From: Verrucomicrobiota bacterium
GTDB lineage: Bacteria > Verrucomicrobiota > Verrucomicrobiia > Verrucomicrobiales > DEV007
Reading direction: 5' to 3'
NCBI GenBank assembly: GCA_045046875.1
Contig: JASFYY010000020.1
Location: 1 to 60,602 of the forward strand
DNA: 60,602 bases
Shown: piece after piece, positions 1 through 9,983 of the stretch
Layout: each line of letters begins with the position of its first letter
Position numbering within the stretch: the first letter of the stretch is position 1
The notes under the pieces: generated by a model
Databases searched by the model: none
Told to the model about the DNA's origin: nothing
What the model saw: the letters and a program-made list of their open reading frames with translations, nothing else
Translations under genes and position numbers: made by a program

Positions 1-1272
1 CGATAGATTTTTCATTTCAAAAGGGTCTTGCTCGAGATCAAACAACTGGCGCTCACCAGTGATCAAATGCTGAATCAATTTATACCGACTCGTCCGTACC
101 GCTCTTGTCACCGTATCCCGCTTGGGATCATGATAAGAAAAATACAAACGCTGACGGCCTTTTTTACTGCCTTCATACAATCCCAAAAAACTTTCACCTT
201 CAACGGTCGCAGGCACTTCGACACCCGCCGCTTCAAAAATGCTAGGAAAAATATCCATGGTGCTAACCAAAGCCGAATTCACTTGCTGCCCAACTTTGCG
301 CCGGGGATCCCGGACAATCATAGCCGATCGAATGCCCTCTTCATACATCGTCTGCTTACCAATGATGCCATGAGAGCCTAGTGACAAACCTTTCACACTG
401 GCAAATACCACCATAGTATTTTCCGCCAGCTTTTGATTTTCCAGCGTGACCAGCAAGCGCCCCACCTGGGCATCCAGATGTTCGAACATCGCATAATACT
501 GCGCCAGGGCCTCACGCACATCTTGCTCCCGGCGCGGAAAAGGCAATACGGTTTCATCCCGGATTTTTTGATTAAACTGCTTAAATGGAGGTCGGGGCAT
601 GAAGTTCTCCGGCAGCAATACTTCTTTCGCTGAGTACTTGCCCTCATAACCCGGCGGTGCCAAAAAGGCGTCATGCCCCACGGTGTAAGCAAGCACCATG
701 CAAAATGGCTCTTCATGTTTCTGCTTGAGATACTCCACCGCATCATCAGTGAACACCGTGCTCGAATACCGATCCGCAGTTTCCCGGGATTCATTATCCC
801 CACCAAAGGGCGTCAGTGTCATTTTGAATTGGTCAAATTTACCTCCAGCCCAGCAACGCCCCCCTGTGGTGAACCCATTGGTCCACGGCTTGCCCTCGCT
901 GTGCCATTTGCCACCAAAATAGGTTTCATATCCCGCCTCTGCCAAGAGCGCAGGTAATACCGGCGTATTTTTATAGCGCTTTTTACCATTAAAAGTAACC
1001 CCGTTGGTCCAACTGTCCTGACCAGAATAGATGCACGCCCGAGCCGCCATGCAAATCGGGTTCGGGGTAAAACAGCGATTAAAATACACCCCTTGCTGCG
1101 CCAAACGGTCAAGATGGGGAGTGCGTATCATCCGGTTGCCCGAAGCCCCCAGCACCCGGTAATTATGATCATCACTGAGGATCAACAATACATTCGGCCG
1201 CTGATCAGCCCCGATTAACGGCGCGGCCAACCAACATAAATAAACAACCAACAGACTCTTGAATCGATGCAT
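1..1272 (-). CDS. Sulfatase-family protein, truncated by the window edge (3' end missing)
   Basis: Not in the ORF track because no stop lies inside the window. Manual translation from ATG 1272 is open to base 1: signal peptide, RPNVLLILSDDH, IRTPHLDRLA, NPICMAARACIYSG (CxAxR), GKWH, GSHGIIGKQTMYE, LFDLEQDPFEMKNL. Confidence 0.85.
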   Translation of the reverse strand, partial: MHRFKSLLVVYLCWLAAPLIGADQRPNVLLILSDDHNYRVLGASGNRMIRTPHLDRLAQQGVYFNRCFTPNPICMAARACIYSGQDSWTNGVTFNGKKRYKNTPVLPALLAEAGYETYFGGKWHSEGKPWTNGFTTGGRCWAGGKFDQFKMTLTPFGGDNESRETADRYSSTVFTDDAVEYLKQKHEEPFCMVLAYTVGHDAFLAPPGYEGKYSAKEVLLPENFMPRPPFKQFNQKIRDETVLPFPRREQDVREALAQYYAMFEHLDAQVGRLLVTLENQKLAENTMVVFASVKGLSLGSHGIIGKQTMYEEGIRSAMIVRDPRRKVGQQVNSALVSTMDIFPSIFEAAGVEVPATVEGESFLGLYEGSKKGRQRLYFSYHDPKRDTVTRAVRTSRYKLIQHLITGERQLFDLEQDPFEMKNLS

Positions 1273-1306
1273 AACAGAATGACAAAAAGAATCTAGCCGA
1301 ATCTGC

Positions 1307-1810
1307 TCACTCCGCCACCACATCCTTCAAAGCCACCCTGCCATTGTCCATCACCATAAGAACGGCTACTCCCCCCTTACGTAAATCGTCTTCCAATTTC
1401 AGGGCTTTTTCTTTGGGTGCAAAAAACGCCTCGATCCCATACTTAATCTCTAGATCATTATAGTGGCGCTCTACCCGCCCTTGCAAAAAAACACCTTCCA
1501 CCGGCCGCTCTAAAGAAACCTCTTTGAAACCATAAAGACCCTTGCCATCCATTTGCAGACTCACATAAACCCTTTCTCCTCGGTTATAGTTGGCCCCGGA
1601 TTTCAGCTCATCTTTGTCCAATCTGCCAATTTTGTAATCCAAACGAGCATAGTTGCCACGAAACAATGACCTCGGGTCGCGCGGCACCGTCTTGACCCGT
1701 ATTTCCCTGCCCACCCAAAGCGGCAACGCCGCGCTTCCCAATATCCCCGCCACCACCACTACCTGCGCCACGATGGCAAAAACCAATCCGAATATTATTG
1801 ATCGTTTCAT
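1307..1810 (-). CDS. GDYXXLXY-domain membrane-anchored protein
   Basis: N-terminal TM, then PRDPRSLFRGNYARLDY and YGIEAFF. Start placed at ATG 1810, overlapping the upstream stop by 4 nt. Confidence 0.8.
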   Translation of the reverse strand: MKRSIIFGLVFAIVAQVVVVAGILGSAALPLWVGREIRVKTVPRDPRSLFRGNYARLDYKIGRLDKDELKSGANYNRGERVYVSLQMDGKGLYGFKEVSLERPVEGVFLQGRVERHYNDLEIKYGIEAFFAPKEKALKLEDDLRKGGVAVLMVMDNGRVALKDVVAE

Positions 1811-3117
1811 AATTTCATCTGCTTGAACTGTTGCATCTTCCAATACCTCGCCGCTGCCAACAGCAATGCCGCCAGCGTCATGAACAACACCGCCCCGCCA
1901 ATGTATTCACCAATCAAATCAACATACCTCATCAAAGCCACCAGCAGAATGGTCGCCACCCCAAGGAAAAAATAGTGCGAAATCCCATGATTGATGCCCT
2001 CCACAATCAGACCGATAGCAACAGCCACCAAGACCAGGTTATACACCACCTGAAAATAAACAGCCGGGTCATAATAAACCGGGTAGATCACCGCCCCCAT
2101 CGACAAAATGGAAAATATAATAATCGGCACCAGCACCTGCAGCTTTCCTGTTCTCCATCCGATCCACAACGCCGCCCCCATCAACGCTGTTACTATTCCC
2201 GCCATGGACGACAAGTGATTCCATTCCGCGCGGATAAGTTCATCCCAAGGTTCACTGAAGCTCAATACCAACATCAAGACCAATCCGAAGCGCAGTGCCC
2301 AAAGTGATAACATCACGCCATAGTCTTTAGCTTTGCCGCTTTCGCGCGAATGCAACCAGAGGCTGAACGCATAGGCAAAAATGAACAGCGCCACGCTGAC
2401 AAATAAATGCTCAGCATGCAAATCAAAATCCCGCACACCGCCACCCCATACTCTGGCCAACAAAGCCTCCACCCACAGACCTATACTGCCCACTGCAGTC
2501 ATGAACAGCAACGCACTTGTTTTGCCTTTGATCAAAACATAGACCGCAGCGAGAATGAAAATCGGCATCAATAATGGAAAGTAACCCCAGCTCAATTCCA
2601 TAAAAAACCATACCATAGCCAATACACAGCTGAATAAGGTCAGCCAACTATTACGCAACAGAATACCAAAAGGCAGAGTCCCCAGAGCCCACCAAAACAC
2701 TTCATTTGGAATGTGCTCACCAAGATGATAAATCTGCGCCACCAGGATAATCGATGCCCCATAAAATAGATTGCCCAGAAAAAACAATCCAACCGCCCCT
2801 GCTTCTTTCCCACGAAAATAACAGCTTAAGGCCCAAAGCTGTGTGGCCAACGTGATGCCCACCAGTCCACCCAAACGCAATTCCCGTGGCATCTCCTCCC
2901 AATTGGCACCTATCAGAATGATCACCGCCACTCCGATAAAAAGATAGCCCATCGAAACCAGCAAACGGTAACCAAGCGAATGGTCCTCGCTCGAACCATA
3001 GTCCATATCATATTCACTACAAATAGACTGCGCTTGATCCCCGCTGATCAAATCCTTATCGACCCAGGCCACCATTTCCTTGGCCAGATCCCTTTTAAAT
3101 AATCGTATCAACCTCAT
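1807..3117 (-). CDS. DUF2157-like polytopic membrane protein
   Basis: W..KDLIS..QA N-terminus, LIGANWEEMP, GASIILVAQIYHL and many TM segments. Usual partner of GDYXXLXY genes. Alternative start 3141. Confidence 0.75.
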   Translation of the reverse strand: MRLIRLFKRDLAKEMVAWVDKDLISGDQAQSICSEYDMDYGSSEDHSLGYRLLVSMGYLFIGVAVIILIGANWEEMPRELRLGGLVGITLATQLWALSCYFRGKEAGAVGLFFLGNLFYGASIILVAQIYHLGEHIPNEVFWWALGTLPFGILLRNSWLTLFSCVLAMVWFFMELSWGYFPLLMPIFILAAVYVLIKGKTSALLFMTAVGSIGLWVEALLARVWGGGVRDFDLHAEHLFVSVALFIFAYAFSLWLHSRESGKAKDYGVMLSLWALRFGLVLMLVLSFSEPWDELIRAEWNHLSSMAGIVTALMGAALWIGWRTGKLQVLVPIIIFSILSMGAVIYPVYYDPAVYFQVVYNLVLVAVAIGLIVEGINHGISHYFFLGVATILLVALMRYVDLIGEYIGGAVLFMTLAALLLAAARYWKMQQFKQMKL

Positions 3118-3244
3118 AACAAAACTTGTATTGCGAATCATGCTAACAAGCCGGCCATCATTAATTAAATCGAAAGATTTGATAAGAACATCATCTAAAT
3201 CGATGACAATACAGCCCTACTTCCCTCCATCCCCCCCCCTACGC

Positions 3245-3706
3245 TCACTTTTCCGCTTCACGTTCATAAGCCAGTTGCACCGACTCCCGCATCAGCACCA
3301 CTAAAGAAAACACTCCCAGCGCGGTGCCAAAAGGTAGCCGAAGGCAATTTACGCCGGCCACTATCAACGAAAAAGTGCGGTATTTCTTTCGACGTAAAAA
3401 CACTCCGGAAAAAATATTCAGCATCCCGATCGCCACGGCAAAACATGCTCCAAATATGTAAAACCACACCATAACCGCAAAAAGGCTTTTGATGAATTCC
3501 GGTGGAGGCCCACCCCCTTTAGACTGCGCATTTTCCCATATTTCCGGGTTAGTAAAAATCGTACTCATGAAAAAATAATGCAGGGCAAGAAATCCCAACA
3601 TCAAGAGAGACAAGCCCGCTAAAACAAAATGAAATACCGCAAGCAATTTCAATTGCTCATCATCTTTACGTCTCTGCTGTTCAGAACTTTCCGCTGCTGT
3701 ATTCAT
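3245..3706 (-). CDS. Hypothetical membrane protein (about 4 TM)
   Basis: Hydrophobic helices and a PFGTALGVFSLVVLMRESV motif. Start taken at ATG 3706. Confidence 0.65.
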   Translation of the reverse strand: MNTAAESSEQQRRKDDEQLKLLAVFHFVLAGLSLLMLGFLALHYFFMSTIFTNPEIWENAQSKGGGPPPEFIKSLFAVMVWFYIFGACFAVAIGMLNIFSGVFLRRKKYRTFSLIVAGVNCLRLPFGTALGVFSLVVLMRESVQLAYEREAEK

Positions 3707-3909
3707 ATTCAAGCAGCATGAACAAATGCACAATAAGAAGCGATTATAAATTTCATGGGAATTTATAGCCCCCACCAATCGCCCAATCCTCAACCACAGG
3801 AATTCTGTGAATTACAAACATGCGCTCAAATTATAATCGCAAACATCATCATACCTACCGATACTTATAAGCGAAAGACAATTAATATAAATATCAACCC
3901 AAATTCAAA

Positions 3910-4143
3910 ATGGACGACGACTACCCAATGACAATCGGAGACTGGATGATCACCATGCTCATCCTCACGATCCCTATAATAAACATCATCATGTTCCTCG
4001 TATGGGCCTTCGGCAGCTCCGGAAATACCAGCCGCAAAACCTATTGCCAAGCCAGCCTGCTATGGATGTTAATCCTTATCGGAGCAGCCTTCGTATTCGG
4101 CGGCGTAGCCCCCCTCTTCCAAGAGCTTCTGCCCACAGAATAA
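3910..4143 (+). CDS. Small hypothetical membrane protein
   Basis: 77 aa, TIGDWMITMLILTIPIINIIMFLVWAF, hydrophobic. Confidence 0.65.
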   Translation: MDDDYPMTIGDWMITMLILTIPIINIIMFLVWAFGSSGNTSRKTYCQASLLWMLILIGAAFVFGGVAPLFQELLPTE

Positions 4144-4191
4144 CCTGCTACCGCTTGACGCCTCAGCTAAAGGCTTGCTTTCCATCAAACC

Positions 4192-5652
4192 TCACTGCGC
4201 GTCCAAATCCAAATCATTCTCCCGCACCTCTTCCAACTTCTTCGCCAACTTCGCCTTGAAACTCTCGACCACGCCCTGATGCTGCGGGTCCTTGGCAAGA
4301 TTGGTGAACTGTTTAGGGTCTTTGTCCATATCAAACAGCTCGATACCCTGCTTGGCATCCTCGCCATACTGAATGTAAGACCACTTTTTGTCACGCAGCA
4401 AAAACCCCTTACGCATCGGCGCCACACTGAACGCTGCTTCGCGCACTTTGAAACTCGGGTCGTCTAACATCGGTGAGATGTCCTTACCTTGGATGTTCTT
4501 GGGAACCTGCAAACCGCACAACTTGGAAAGTGTGGGATACAAGTCCAGCAACTCAACAAAAGAATCGCACACCGCCGCTTTTTTACCCGGTACCGATATA
4601 ATCAAAGGCACGCCCGATGATTCATCACGCAAGCTGACCTTTTCCCAAAATTCATGTTCATCCAAATGGTAACCATGGTCGGCAGTGAAAATCACAATGG
4701 TCTTGTCATCCAAACCCGACTTCTTAAGCGCCGCCATCACCTTGCCCACCTGGGCATCCATAAAAGACACCGAAGCATAATAAGCACCCAGAGCTTTTTT
4801 CTGGCGACGGATATCCAACTTCATGTTCTTGTTATTTTTGTAATTGATGCCCGCTTTGGGGATATCATCCCAATCGCCCTCCACCTGCTCGGGCAGCTTC
4901 AATTTGCTGTAGGGCAAATAGGGCTCGTAATAAGAACGCGGCGCAACAAAGGGCACATGCGGACGCACAAAACCCACCCCCAACCAAAAGGGCTGTTCTT
5001 TATGCTGGGCAATCAGTTGCGCCGCTTTCACCGCAGTTTTGCCGTCGGAGTGCACCAAATCATCTCCGTCAGCCTCGACCACCACCATGGTATTCCTACC
5101 TACCAGCGGCTTGGTGCCGTCGGGATTGTTTTCCAAATTCTCCCCATCCCCCGGAGCCATCCACTCCGGCCCGGGACTGTTAAAGCGCTCGGTCCACGAC
5201 AAAGCGTCATCCGCTCCATTGTAAAAATCAGGATCACGGCCCTCTTCATATTCAATCCCCCCCGGCACCCCCATGTGATAAATCTTACTCACTCGCGCCG
5301 AATAATATCCGTTATTTTTGAAATGCTGCGACCACGTCGCCCGATCCCCAATCTGCGGACGCGGATTTTTATACCCCATCACCCCGGTCGCATGGGGATA
5401 ATACCCCGACATGAAAGAAGCGCGCGAAGGCCCGCAATAAGTCGCCTGGCAATAAGCCTGGGTGAAACGGGTGCCGCGCGCCGCGAGGGCATCAATATTC
5501 GGCGTCTTGCAAACGGTATTGCCGTAACAGGAAAGAGCGGTGGCCGTGAGGTCATCAGAAATAATGAACAGCACATTGTATTTTTTCTCTTGGGCAAATA
5601 GAGCGGAAGAAAAAAGCAAACAGCTGAGGGCGGTGACTAGGCGGGTTTTCAT
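4192..5652 (-). CDS. Sulfatase (iduronate-2-sulfatase-like)
   Basis: Signal peptide, NVLFIISDD, CGPSRASFMSG (CxPxR), GFVRPHVPF, FTADHG. Start at ATG 5652. Confidence 0.9.
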   Translation of the reverse strand: MKTRLVTALSCLLFSSALFAQEKKYNVLFIISDDLTATALSCYGNTVCKTPNIDALAARGTRFTQAYCQATYCGPSRASFMSGYYPHATGVMGYKNPRPQIGDRATWSQHFKNNGYYSARVSKIYHMGVPGGIEYEEGRDPDFYNGADDALSWTERFNSPGPEWMAPGDGENLENNPDGTKPLVGRNTMVVVEADGDDLVHSDGKTAVKAAQLIAQHKEQPFWLGVGFVRPHVPFVAPRSYYEPYLPYSKLKLPEQVEGDWDDIPKAGINYKNNKNMKLDIRRQKKALGAYYASVSFMDAQVGKVMAALKKSGLDDKTIVIFTADHGYHLDEHEFWEKVSLRDESSGVPLIISVPGKKAAVCDSFVELLDLYPTLSKLCGLQVPKNIQGKDISPMLDDPSFKVREAAFSVAPMRKGFLLRDKKWSYIQYGEDAKQGIELFDMDKDPKQFTNLAKDPQHQGVVESFKAKLAKKLEEVRENDLDLDAQ

Positions 5653-5782
5653 AGGATGCAAATATAGGGTAGGAGATATTAACCACAGCCGAGACGAAGT
5701 CAAGACAGCCGAAGAACCCTACCCGAAGTCAAATTTCACGGATTTTACGGATAAAAATCATAATGCGAAATTGCCATTGTCT

Positions 5783-5811
5783 CTCTCGTCAGGTGGGGAC
5801 ACCCGCGTTAC
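5783..5811 (-). repeat. REP-like palindromic element, family A copy 1
   Basis: Minus strand GTAACGCGGGTGTCCCCACCTGACGAGAG, near-identical to 19799-19827. Confidence 0.7.
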
Positions 5812-7382
5812 TTCTTATTCCCCCGCTCATCCCACCATCCACCACGCGGCACGTAATCGGCTTTTAAAAAGTTTGCGTGCTGTTTGTCCCGCTTTGAAAT
5901 TCCCTTTTCTTCCAATTGCTTCATCGACTTTTCATACGCTGCCGCATTCCAATTTGGATTTTCCGTCGGCTCTACCGCAGCTACGCTTTTTTGCCAAGCC
6001 TTGAGCTCTTTCACCATCGCCTCGACCCGCTCGGGGTATTCACGATAAAGATTGCGCTGCTCGCCAATATCCCTGCCCACATGATACAGCTCATTCCTAC
6101 CATCCTCAAAATAATGGATCAACTTCCAACCATCACGTAAATGAATCGCCGAAGGCTCACCACCCTGATTCCCATAATGCGGATAATGCCAGAACAAAGA
6201 ACGCTCAGCCAAAGTCCCCCCCTTTAATACCGGCACCAAACTGACCCCGTCCTGATGCTGCTTGGGCAATAAAGGAACACCCGCCATATCCAAAATAGTG
6301 GGATAAAAATCCGTACCCGTCGCAGGCACATCGGTGCGCTTGCCATCCGTCACCCCCGGCCACTGAATATAATACGGCTGCCGCACGCCGCCCTCCCACT
6401 GCCTCCCTTTGCCCCCGCGCAGTGGCAAAGCACTGGTGGCATAACCATCCCCCGAAGATACTCCGCCATTATCCGAAGTGAATATCACCACTGTATTTTC
6501 CATCAATCCATTTTCCTGCAAAGCTTTGAGCGCATGCCCCACCCCCTCGTCCATCGCCTCCATCATGCCTGCATAAATAGGATTGTCCTGCACCTGCCGT
6601 ACTTCCTGCAAACGGTCCAAAACAAAACGAGGTTCCTCCCGGTCGATCAGTCCCATTGACTCGGCTTTAGCTCGATATTTTTCCCAGCGTTTTTTACTGC
6701 ATTGAATCGGCGCGTGCACCGAATAAAAACTCAACATGGCAAAAAACGGCTGGTCTTTATTTGCGGTAATAAATTTTGCTGTTTCACGCCCGAGCCTCAC
6801 CGGCAGTTCCTCTCCCTGCGGCCCATCTTCAAGCGCCGGATTTTTATAAGGCGGAAAATACCCGCCCACAGGTGATCCCGTGAGATTACCACCCACATTC
6901 ACATCATAACCCTGATCCTCAGGCCCTTTTCCCTCATGCCCCAAATGCCATTTGCCGGCAAAAAAAGTTTTATACCCATGCTCGTGCAGAGCCTCCGCGA
7001 TAGTGACCTCCTCCAGTTCCATCTCCATCTTGTAAGGCGCCGGCAGCAACTTGGTATTGCGCTTCCACTTGTCCGGTTGATTACGCCCCGCGGTTCCACC
7101 GATATAATCTGTGATGCCCACCCTTGCCGGGTATTTGCCGGTTTGAATAGCCGCTCGTGAAGGGCTGCAAACCTGGCAAGCCGAATAGCCATTGGAAAAA
7201 CGCATCGCCTTTTGAGCAATACTATCGATATTCGGAGTCTCGTGAAAAGCACTGCCCTCGCAACTCAGATCCTGACGCCCCAGGTCATCAACCAGGATGA
7301 ACAGAAAATTAGGTTTAGCGCTCTGCGCTTGAACCAGTGACCCCATAAAGAAAAAGATGATTAAGTGATAAATTAATTTCAT
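5808..7382 (-). CDS. Sulfatase (arylsulfatase/GALNS-like)
   Basis: Signal peptide, PNFLFILVDDLG, CSPSRAAIQTG, GKWHLG, FTSDNGG, LRGGKG. Confidence 0.92.
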   Translation of the reverse strand: MKLIYHLIIFFFMGSLVQAQSAKPNFLFILVDDLGRQDLSCEGSAFHETPNIDSIAQKAMRFSNGYSACQVCSPSRAAIQTGKYPARVGITDYIGGTAGRNQPDKWKRNTKLLPAPYKMEMELEEVTIAEALHEHGYKTFFAGKWHLGHEGKGPEDQGYDVNVGGNLTGSPVGGYFPPYKNPALEDGPQGEELPVRLGRETAKFITANKDQPFFAMLSFYSVHAPIQCSKKRWEKYRAKAESMGLIDREEPRFVLDRLQEVRQVQDNPIYAGMMEAMDEGVGHALKALQENGLMENTVVIFTSDNGGVSSGDGYATSALPLRGGKGRQWEGGVRQPYYIQWPGVTDGKRTDVPATGTDFYPTILDMAGVPLLPKQHQDGVSLVPVLKGGTLAERSLFWHYPHYGNQGGEPSAIHLRDGWKLIHYFEDGRNELYHVGRDIGEQRNLYREYPERVEAMVKELKAWQKSVAAVEPTENPNWNAAAYEKSMKQLEEKGISKRDKQHANFLKADYVPRGGWWDERGNKK

Positions 7383-7488
7383 GATGCAACATTGGACGCC
7401 TCTACACCACCCCGGTCAAGCCAATAAGGGTATTCACAGCTCCCTCCATTTTTTTCGCCAAATACATAATACCGTTTAAGGTGGATCC

Positions 7489-8419
7489 ATGAGATCCTTA
7501 TTTTTATTCTTAACGATTTTTGTCACCCTAAGCACGCTCAGCGCCGCCGAGCAAAAACACGACGCCTACCACTGGAACTCACTAATCGGCAAAGGCATCA
7601 ATCTCGGTAATGCCCTCGACGCCCCCAAAGAAGGCGCTTGGGGAGTCACTCTTAAAGAAGCTTATTTCGAACTGATTTCCCAAGCTGGATTCGACTCGAT
7701 CCGCATCCCGGTGAACTGGGCCAATCACGCTGCAAAAAAAGCCCCTTACACCATCGACCCGACCTTTCTCGCCCGGGTGGATTGGGCCGTTGAACAAGCT
7801 CTCTCCCGCGATCTGGTAGTCATCCTCAACATCCACCACTACGACGAACTCTACAGCCACCCGAAAAAAAACCGCGCTCGCTTTGTGGCCTTGTGGAAAC
7901 AACTAGCTGAGCACTACCAAAACTCCCCGGCCACACTGTATTTCGAAATTCTCAATGAACCTCACGGAGAACTCACCAGCGAGCTATGGAACCAATACCT
8001 CGAACAAAGCCTCACCGTGATCCGCAAAGATAAAAACATCATTGTCACTTTTCACTTTTACCTGCCGTTTAAATTCACTCATCAAGGAGCTTCCTGGGTT
8101 GGCGAGCAAAGTCAAAACTGGCTGAGCACCGAATGGCACGGCTCGACCGCCGATAAACAAGAACTTATCGGTTTTTTTGACAAAGCCCACCAATGGTCAA
8201 AAACCCAGCAACGCCCTCTCTAATATGGGAGAATTTGGTGCCTATAACCGCGCTGATACCGCATCGAGAGTGCGTTGGATGGCCTTTGTGAAAAGCGAAG
8301 CTCATAAAAAGAATTTCTCCTGGGCCTACTGGGAATTTTGCTCCAGCTTCGGACTTTACGACTTGAAAACCAAAAAGTGGCGAGGCGAACTGCTCAGCGC
8401 ACTGATTGACAAGGAATGA
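7489..8419 (+). pseudogene. GH5 endoglucanase, frameshifted and with an internal deletion
   Basis: GINLGNALDAP, RIPV, HHY, LNEP in frame 1 up to TAA 8221-8223. The GEFG nucleophile and WAYWEF are in the next frame. Removing one A at 8222-8223 restores L-Y-M-G-E-F. Confidence 0.8.
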
Positions 8420-8603
8420 CTGACTAATGACAAGATCCGCGAAGTAAGAAACGATTCTTCTTCTAAGGTGCTAACGAAATTATCCGACATCAAATACTGC
8501 TTGCTTTCTACTTACATTTTTTTGCATAATCGCCATAAATTTTGCATCCAAGTTCAAGCGCCCATCGTAAGCCATATTTGAGAAACAGGAAACCCGGCCC
8601 GTC

Positions 8604-9962
8604 ATGGAAAACAACTCATCTCCTTCAAACAAATCGCTAAGCCCCATTTTATTGCTGGTAGCGGCATTCGCATTCTGCCTCATCATTGGTGGAATCACTT
8701 TAGCAAAAAAATACGCCCCCAAGGCGCTAGCATCCAAAGAACGACATATCGTCAGGAGCGTTGCCGCCTCGCCCTTGAAAGGTAGGACCGCCCGTGTTGA
8801 CCCCGAACTGTTAAAAATCGGCGAAACTACATTTAATACTCTCTGCGCTGCCTGTCACCAGCCCGGCGGCACTGGCAAAGCAGGTTTTGCTCCAGGCATC
8901 CGCAATCACGACTTTCTCGCCCTGGCCTCTGACGATTACCTACGCACTACCATCCGCGCCGGTCGCCCCGGCACGGCCATGGTACCTTGGAGCGCCCTCA
9001 GCGAAAAAGAACTCGCCGGTGTGATCGCCTACCTGCGCACTGGCAACGAAGGTTATGTTTCCGAGCTTTCCCAGGATTCGGAAAAGAAAATCGCCGGGGC
9101 AGCGGGAAAAGGGGAAATCACTTTTGAAACCTATTGCGCCGCCTGCCACGGCCCCAATGCCGAAGGCTATGCCGCCGGAGGATCCGGACCTGGCATCGGG
9201 TTGGCGGGTTTCCTTTCCGTGGCTTCCGATGACTTCATCATGCAGACCGTCAAACACGGACGCTCTGGCACGGCGATGCTGCCCTTTGTGGGAGCCAAAG
9301 GGCTCGCCAATTTGTCGGAGAGTAGCGTCGGCGACATCATCGCTTATCTGAGATCCCTGCCCGGCAAACCGGTCGTCGCCGAAGCCAAAAGCACCGCGCC
9401 GCCGGATCCCAAAGCCGGCAAAATGCACTTCGACGCCAACTGCATGGCCTGTCACCAACCCGGCGGCATCGGCAAAGCTGGTTTTGCCCCCAGTATCCGC
9501 AACCGCGATTTCCTCGCCCTGGCCGACGATGACTTTATCCTCAAAACGGTGAAACAAGGCCGCCTGGGTACCGCAATGCTGCCCCGACCCGACCTCTCAG
9601 ACAAAGTGATGGCAGACATCATCGCCTACCTGCGATCGGCTCCAGCAAAAACCGTGGTCAATGTCAGTGTCGATCAGAGCAAAAAGTTCAACGGCGACTC
9701 CCAACAAGGTCATAGCAAATACACCTCCTACTGCTTTGCCTGCCACGGAGACAAAGGCACCGGGTACGTCGCCGGAGGGGCGGGCCCCGCGATTGGATTG
9801 GCCGGATTCCTCTCGGTCGCATCAGATGACTACATTTACCAAACCGTAAAACTCGGACGTATCGGCACAGCGATGAAACCCTTCATCGGAAGCAAAGGCC
9901 TCGCCAACCTGAATGACCAGGACGTTTACGACATCATTTCCTATTTAAGAAGTTTAAATTAA
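8604..9962 (+). CDS. Membrane-anchored tetraheme c-type cytochrome (four class I/cbb3-subunit-III-like domains)
   Basis: N-terminal hydrophobic helix. CAACH, CAACH, CMACH and CFACH are each followed by a GRxGTAM motif (putative Met ligand). Confidence 0.88.
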   Translation: MENNSSPSNKSLSPILLLVAAFAFCLIIGGITLAKKYAPKALASKERHIVRSVAASPLKGRTARVDPELLKIGETTFNTLCAACHQPGGTGKAGFAPGIRNHDFLALASDDYLRTTIRAGRPGTAMVPWSALSEKELAGVIAYLRTGNEGYVSELSQDSEKKIAGAAGKGEITFETYCAACHGPNAEGYAAGGSGPGIGLAGFLSVASDDFIMQTVKHGRSGTAMLPFVGAKGLANLSESSVGDIIAYLRSLPGKPVVAEAKSTAPPDPKAGKMHFDANCMACHQPGGIGKAGFAPSIRNRDFLALADDDFILKTVKQGRLGTAMLPRPDLSDKVMADIIAYLRSAPAKTVVNVSVDQSKKFNGDSQQGHSKYTSYCFACHGDKGTGYVAGGAGPAIGLAGFLSVASDDYIYQTVKLGRIGTAMKPFIGSKGLANLNDQDVYDIISYLRSLN

Positions 9963-9983
9963 TCACCAGAAACCCAAGTAACG

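Noticed and set aside
393..1112. ORFs 393-806 and 819-1112 as fragments of a broken sulfatase
   Set aside because: They are off-frame shadows. The real frame from ATG 1272 is open to the window edge.
8420..8603. FNR or sigma54 site upstream of the redox operon
   Set aside because: No convincing TTGAT-N4-ATCAA or TGGCAC-N5-TTGC match by eye.
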